Source: a virus (Duplodnaviria > Caudoviricetes). From it: a DNA stretch of 64,000 nt. Location: the IMG/VR virus record IMGVR_UViG_3300031998_000010; one strand, written 5' to 3'. Position 1 is the stretch's first letter. Each line of letters starts with the position of its first letter. The notes under the pieces were generated by a model. It did no database searches. It worked only from the letters and a program-made list of their open reading frames with translations, and was not told the DNA's origin. This document shows, one piece after another, positions 60,579 to 64,000 of the stretch. Both the position numbers and the translations under genes were made by a program.

Positions 60579-60688
60579 ACCTGACCTCCTTCATCTATAC
60601 TAACGATTGAAATGTCTAAAATCAATGGAGAAATTAAGTATCAACTAAATTCGTAATGAAAAGGTAATATTAGATATATGAATTTAAG

Positions 60689-60922
60689 TTATGCTTCAAC
60701 ATCCTGTACAGGCGGGATGGGATGTGAAATATATTCTTTATACCCATCAACAACGCAAAGTTCGGTATCTACAATCATTACACATGCAGTAATTACATCA
60801 GGAGCGTTCCATAATGTCTGACAAAGACCATGGAAATTTGTTTTTGCCTGACAAATATCTGTTATTCCTTCAGCATAAATTGCATAAGAATCATTCACTA
60901 CCTTTACTATTGCATAGACCAT
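60689..60922 (-). CDS. small protein downstream of tail fibre
   Basis: 77 aa, AAGGAGG SD. Confidence 0.7.
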   Translation of the reverse strand: MVYAIVKVVNDSYAIYAEGITDICQAKTNFHGLCQTLWNAPDVITACVMIVDTELCVVDGYKEYISHPIPPVQDVEA

Positions 60923-60939
60923 GTAAAATTCCTCCTTAA

Positions 60940-62778
60940 TTAAGATTTATTTATAAACTGCTCTAATTTAGCAACTTTTTTCTCAAGATTGTCAACTTTT
61001 GCAACGAGCAAAGCAACATAATCAAGAGTTCTATTATATTCAGCATCTTTCGTCACAAGATAAGGTAGAACTTTTTCTACATCTTGGGCAATATATCCTA
61101 TATGTTCATTAGTATCCCTCCCTACTGACTTCTTCCATCTAAATTTAACAGCTCTAATAGATGAAACATCAGGCAATTCTTCATCAATAATATCTTTTAA
61201 TCTACTGTCAGAAGATTGTGTTAAAGTTCCTGCTAATGTTTCATTCCCATTCCAATCAAGAGTTCTTGCGTTTGACCTGTAATTAGAACTCACACCCTTA
61301 CCTATAATTTCAACATAAGTACCTCTTGTTGTTGTTCCTGAACCTCCCGTATCAGCAACATTATTTTCTCCAAAAGCATATTGAGCCTGACGATTTGCTA
61401 TTGTTTCTGAACCTATGGCGAAACTTCTTAAACCACTTGCGGTCGTTTCCATCCCAGTAGCAAAACTACAATTACCACTTGCTGTACAATCAAATCCTGC
61501 CGTAACCGATAAAGGACCGACTGTTGTTCCTGATTTTCTATTTAAACTTAAAGAGCCTTCGCCTGTTGGGTTATTTGCAGATAAATGACCATAAGCTGTA
61601 ACAGTAGTTTGTAATGTAGATAATGATGATACCGAAGATATTGTAAACAACCCATTATAATTTGTAAGTTGTGTATACCCGTTTGTTACATCACTTATTG
61701 AAACACCTGTATAATTGCCCCCATCAAATCCTACCCACAGATTATTAGCACTATCATAGCCAAAATATACCGATATTGAAGTAGCACCGTCACTATCTCC
61801 TAATAAAACGGCTTCGGGCTGATACCAATAATTAGAACCATACTGATAACCACTAATCATTACTTTACTTGCTTTATATCCTTGGTATAAAGTAACTACA
61901 AAGCAAAGCATCCATGAACTTGTAGAATTTATCTTTATCTTTATCTTAGTTGTGGAAGATTTAGTGCCATAACGAGTACCAGTAGGATATTCTGTAGCAT
62001 CTGCTATATTTAGCCAATCCTGCCAAGCACCATTATTTTTACCTCTAACAGATAATCTACCTGTACGATAATCTTGGTATATTTCTCCAAGCCAACTCGA
62101 ACTATAAAATTGAGTGTATAATGCACCATCTGTGTTTTGATAATTCCATGCGGATTTTGTCAAACCACTAACATAACCGATAGCATTAGTTCCGGGTGCG
62201 TCTATTCCTAAATTAGAATTTGTTGTTACTTTAAAATTAGTAAGATTTGTAGCCGTTGTAGCCGTTGTAGCCGTAGCCGCATTTCCTGAAACAGATATTC
62301 CCCAAGTACCTGATGCACCAGTACCATCTGCAAGAGGTAATGTACCTGAATATAACGAAGTACCGTCAGATTTATATACTCGGTACTGTGGACCACTTTT
62401 TGAAGTATAGTCATTAGCGGTCCAAAGTCTTGATTTTTCTTTACCATTACCATAATACCAAACAATATCTCCACTATCGTCTGAACTTGAACTGGGGGTT
62501 CTTAAATTTATGTTTGATGTAAGATATAAGTTGCTAAAAGGATATGATGTATTACCTAAATCACCGGAAACACATAAAATACTTTTATTAAAAATAAAAT
62601 TAGCATTAGTAGAATTATATATATGACAAAAAGAAGAGTTCTGCGAGCCTATCGTGGTAGTAGTGCCATTATTAGTTATCTTCAATAATCCATTAGTTGA
62701 GTTAATGCCCCCACTAACATTTAATGAATTAAGTAATCTTGTAGCACCATTAACAATAAGGTCATTTAGTTGAGCCAC
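60940..62778 (-). CDS. tail fibre with C-terminal intramolecular chaperone (peptidase S74-like)
   Basis: ATT repeats, YadA-head-like ASG..SFA.G repeats, SSDSRLKD..GYIAQDVE and terminal coiled coil. Confidence 0.8.
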   Translation of the reverse strand: MAQLNDLIVNGATRLLNSLNVSGGINSTNGLLKITNNGTTTTIGSQNSSFCHIYNSTNANFIFNKSILCVSGDLGNTSYPFSNLYLTSNINLRTPSSSSDDSGDIVWYYGNGKEKSRLWTANDYTSKSGPQYRVYKSDGTSLYSGTLPLADGTGASGTWGISVSGNAATATTATTATNLTNFKVTTNSNLGIDAPGTNAIGYVSGLTKSAWNYQNTDGALYTQFYSSSWLGEIYQDYRTGRLSVRGKNNGAWQDWLNIADATEYPTGTRYGTKSSTTKIKIKINSTSSWMLCFVVTLYQGYKASKVMISGYQYGSNYWYQPEAVLLGDSDGATSISVYFGYDSANNLWVGFDGGNYTGVSISDVTNGYTQLTNYNGLFTISSVSSLSTLQTTVTAYGHLSANNPTGEGSLSLNRKSGTTVGPLSVTAGFDCTASGNCSFATGMETTASGLRSFAIGSETIANRQAQYAFGENNVADTGGSGTTTRGTYVEIIGKGVSSNYRSNARTLDWNGNETLAGTLTQSSDSRLKDIIDEELPDVSSIRAVKFRWKKSVGRDTNEHIGYIAQDVEKVLPYLVTKDAEYNRTLDYVALLVAKVDNLEKKVAKLEQFINKS

Positions 62779-62824
62779 AGGTTATAGCCTCCAAATAAAG
62801 AAAAACATATATTATTAGATAAGG

Positions 62825-63424
62825 TTATAATTCGTAAAATTGGTTAGCTTCATATACACCATCATAGATCTTGGCTTGATCAACCGGACTTTCAAAAAAT
62901 CCACAATCATTCTCAATATAATTAGTATCTGCACTATTAGCTACCCAAGGTGTAGGGTGTGAACCTGCTTCTAACTTTACACATTTCATAGACACAACTC
63001 CTGTGCCTGTCGCACCCCCGGATGCCTGACTAAACATTCTTGGACAAATTACATGCTTAACTGCCGTTGTTTCGGTTTGAGTATAAACAACCCAATATCT
63101 TTCCCATTTAGTAGAAAGTGTAAAATCCATATTTCCGTCACTTGCGGTTTTAGTTGTTCCCTGACTTGATACACAAGTAGTAGTCGTATTCGGGCTATAA
63201 TAATGAGTTCTTATTTTATCTCCTGCTACTGTAGATTTTGCGTAAAACGATAAAGTATATTGTGTTGCGGTTGGAATCACCGTTGTTATAGGTGAAAATT
63301 TATCTGAATAACTGGAATCAGGATAAGTATATTGTGCTTCGATATTGGATGTATTAGGGATTATGTTTGCACCTAATACCATATCGGCTTGTGCAACACC
63401 TTGTTTAGTAATATTTGCACTCAT
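62825..63424 (-). CDS. tail-associated carbohydrate-binding-like protein
   Basis: YTLSFYAKS, LSTKWERY, KLEAGSHPTPW. Confidence 0.6.
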   Translation of the reverse strand: MSANITKQGVAQADMVLGANIIPNTSNIEAQYTYPDSSYSDKFSPITTVIPTATQYTLSFYAKSTVAGDKIRTHYYSPNTTTTCVSSQGTTKTASDGNMDFTLSTKWERYWVVYTQTETTAVKHVICPRMFSQASGGATGTGVVSMKCVKLEAGSHPTPWVANSADTNYIENDCGFFESPVDQAKIYDGVYEANQFYEL

Positions 63425-63426
63425 AG

Positions 63427-64000
63427 TTAGACCTCTTTTAATTCATAGGCATACATATTACCTGACTTATCTATACTTGCACCTACTTGATATAATTCTT
63501 TTATATCATCTGAGGATAAGCATGTTGCATATATTCTAAAATCCGACATTAAACCATAATAATTTTGACTGGTAAGTCCGTTCCAAGAACCAAGTCGATA
63601 AGCACCAGTAGGCATAGATTTCGCCTCAATTGTTTTCTTCAAATCTCCATTTACATAATATAATTCATTAGTCCCATCTCGCACCATTGTAATCATATTC
63701 CATTTATTAAACTCTAACGGAGAAAATATATTACCACCACGAGTACTTGCCATATATAAAGATAAAGTTGTTGCAGAACCAGCTCTTGTATCCATCTCAA
63801 AGCCTGAAGGTCCACCAAATAATGTTTCATAGTTCTTGGAGCCAAGTGCATCTTTGTAAAACCATATATTTATTGTAAATATATTAGTTGGGCATATAGT
63901 ATTGAATGGAATTGTTATAGTATTGTCAGTACCATTAAAACTGGTGCTGACTGAATATCTTGATGTATTACTACTAATTGTCATGGCAGTATTTATTGTC
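63427..64000 (-). CDS. LamG/ConA-like domain tail protein (3' part; likely begins beyond the window)
   Basis: FTINIW, W.MITMV, YVNG, SDFRIYATCLS.DDIKELY. Confidence 0.7.
   Translation of the reverse strand, partial: TINTAMTISSNTSRYSVSTSFNGTDNTITIPFNTICPTNIFTINIWFYKDALGSKNYETLFGGPSGFEMDTRAGSATTLSLYMASTRGGNIFSPLEFNKWNMITMVRDGTNELYYVNGDLKKTIEAKSMPTGAYRLGSWNGLTSQNYYGLMSDFRIYATCLSSDDIKELYQVGASIDKSGNMYAYELKEV

Noticed and set aside
2784-63539. Numerous 60-120-aa plus-strand and nested minus-strand ORFs in the track
   Set aside because: They lie inside longer well-supported minus-strand genes, lack SD sites and show antisense-shadow composition; only 38531..39433 is accepted on the plus strand.
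1-64000. tRNA/rRNA genes, integrase, transposase, reverse transcriptase/DGR, stop-codon recoding
   Set aside because: None recognised by eye; long genes are intact in the standard code and all three stop codons are used. A tRNA scan was not run.

Overview
This is an AT-rich (roughly one-third GC by eye) 64-kb segment of a large tailed phage genome, probably infecting a Firmicute (Clostridia-like), judged from GGAGG Shine-Dalgarno (SD) sites and the accessory gene families. Almost all genes are on the minus strand. The only convincing plus-strand gene is a sigma-factor-like ORF next to a 0.6-kb AT-rich intergenic region. Modules from left to right: (1) DNA packaging: T4-type portal, large and putative small terminase, with a catalytically degenerate NAD-ligase homologue in between. 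(2) About 25 mostly acidic hypothetical proteins, many sharing an N-terminal MK[IVR]Y[IV][KR][AS]S-type leader. (3) A TGT/DpdA-like base-exchange enzyme at the end of a replication operon: delta', delta and gamma clamp-loader homologues, beta-clamp, family A polymerase, SSB, primase, helicase and loader, RecA, resolvase and a Cas4-like nuclease. (4) Two divergent sigma-like proteins. (5) Tail-fibre/adhesin genes. (6) A cluster of a YhhQ/VUT queuosine-precursor transporter, two NUMOD4 proteins, two CxxCxxCC proteins and an amidase-signature enzyme. (7) A decaying cassette of tiny temperate-phage-like genes, two 3D-domain membrane proteins and further tail genes. The best candidates for undescribed systems are: a protein-level leader/cleavage code on many unrelated cargo proteins, resembling T4 capsid targeting; a salvage-type 7-deazaguanine DNA-modification pathway with new accessory enzymes and a preQ1-like riboswitch; and a two-sigma/two-promoter cascade with a candidate antisense sRNA. 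All family calls come from motif recognition by eye; no database searches or counts were run.
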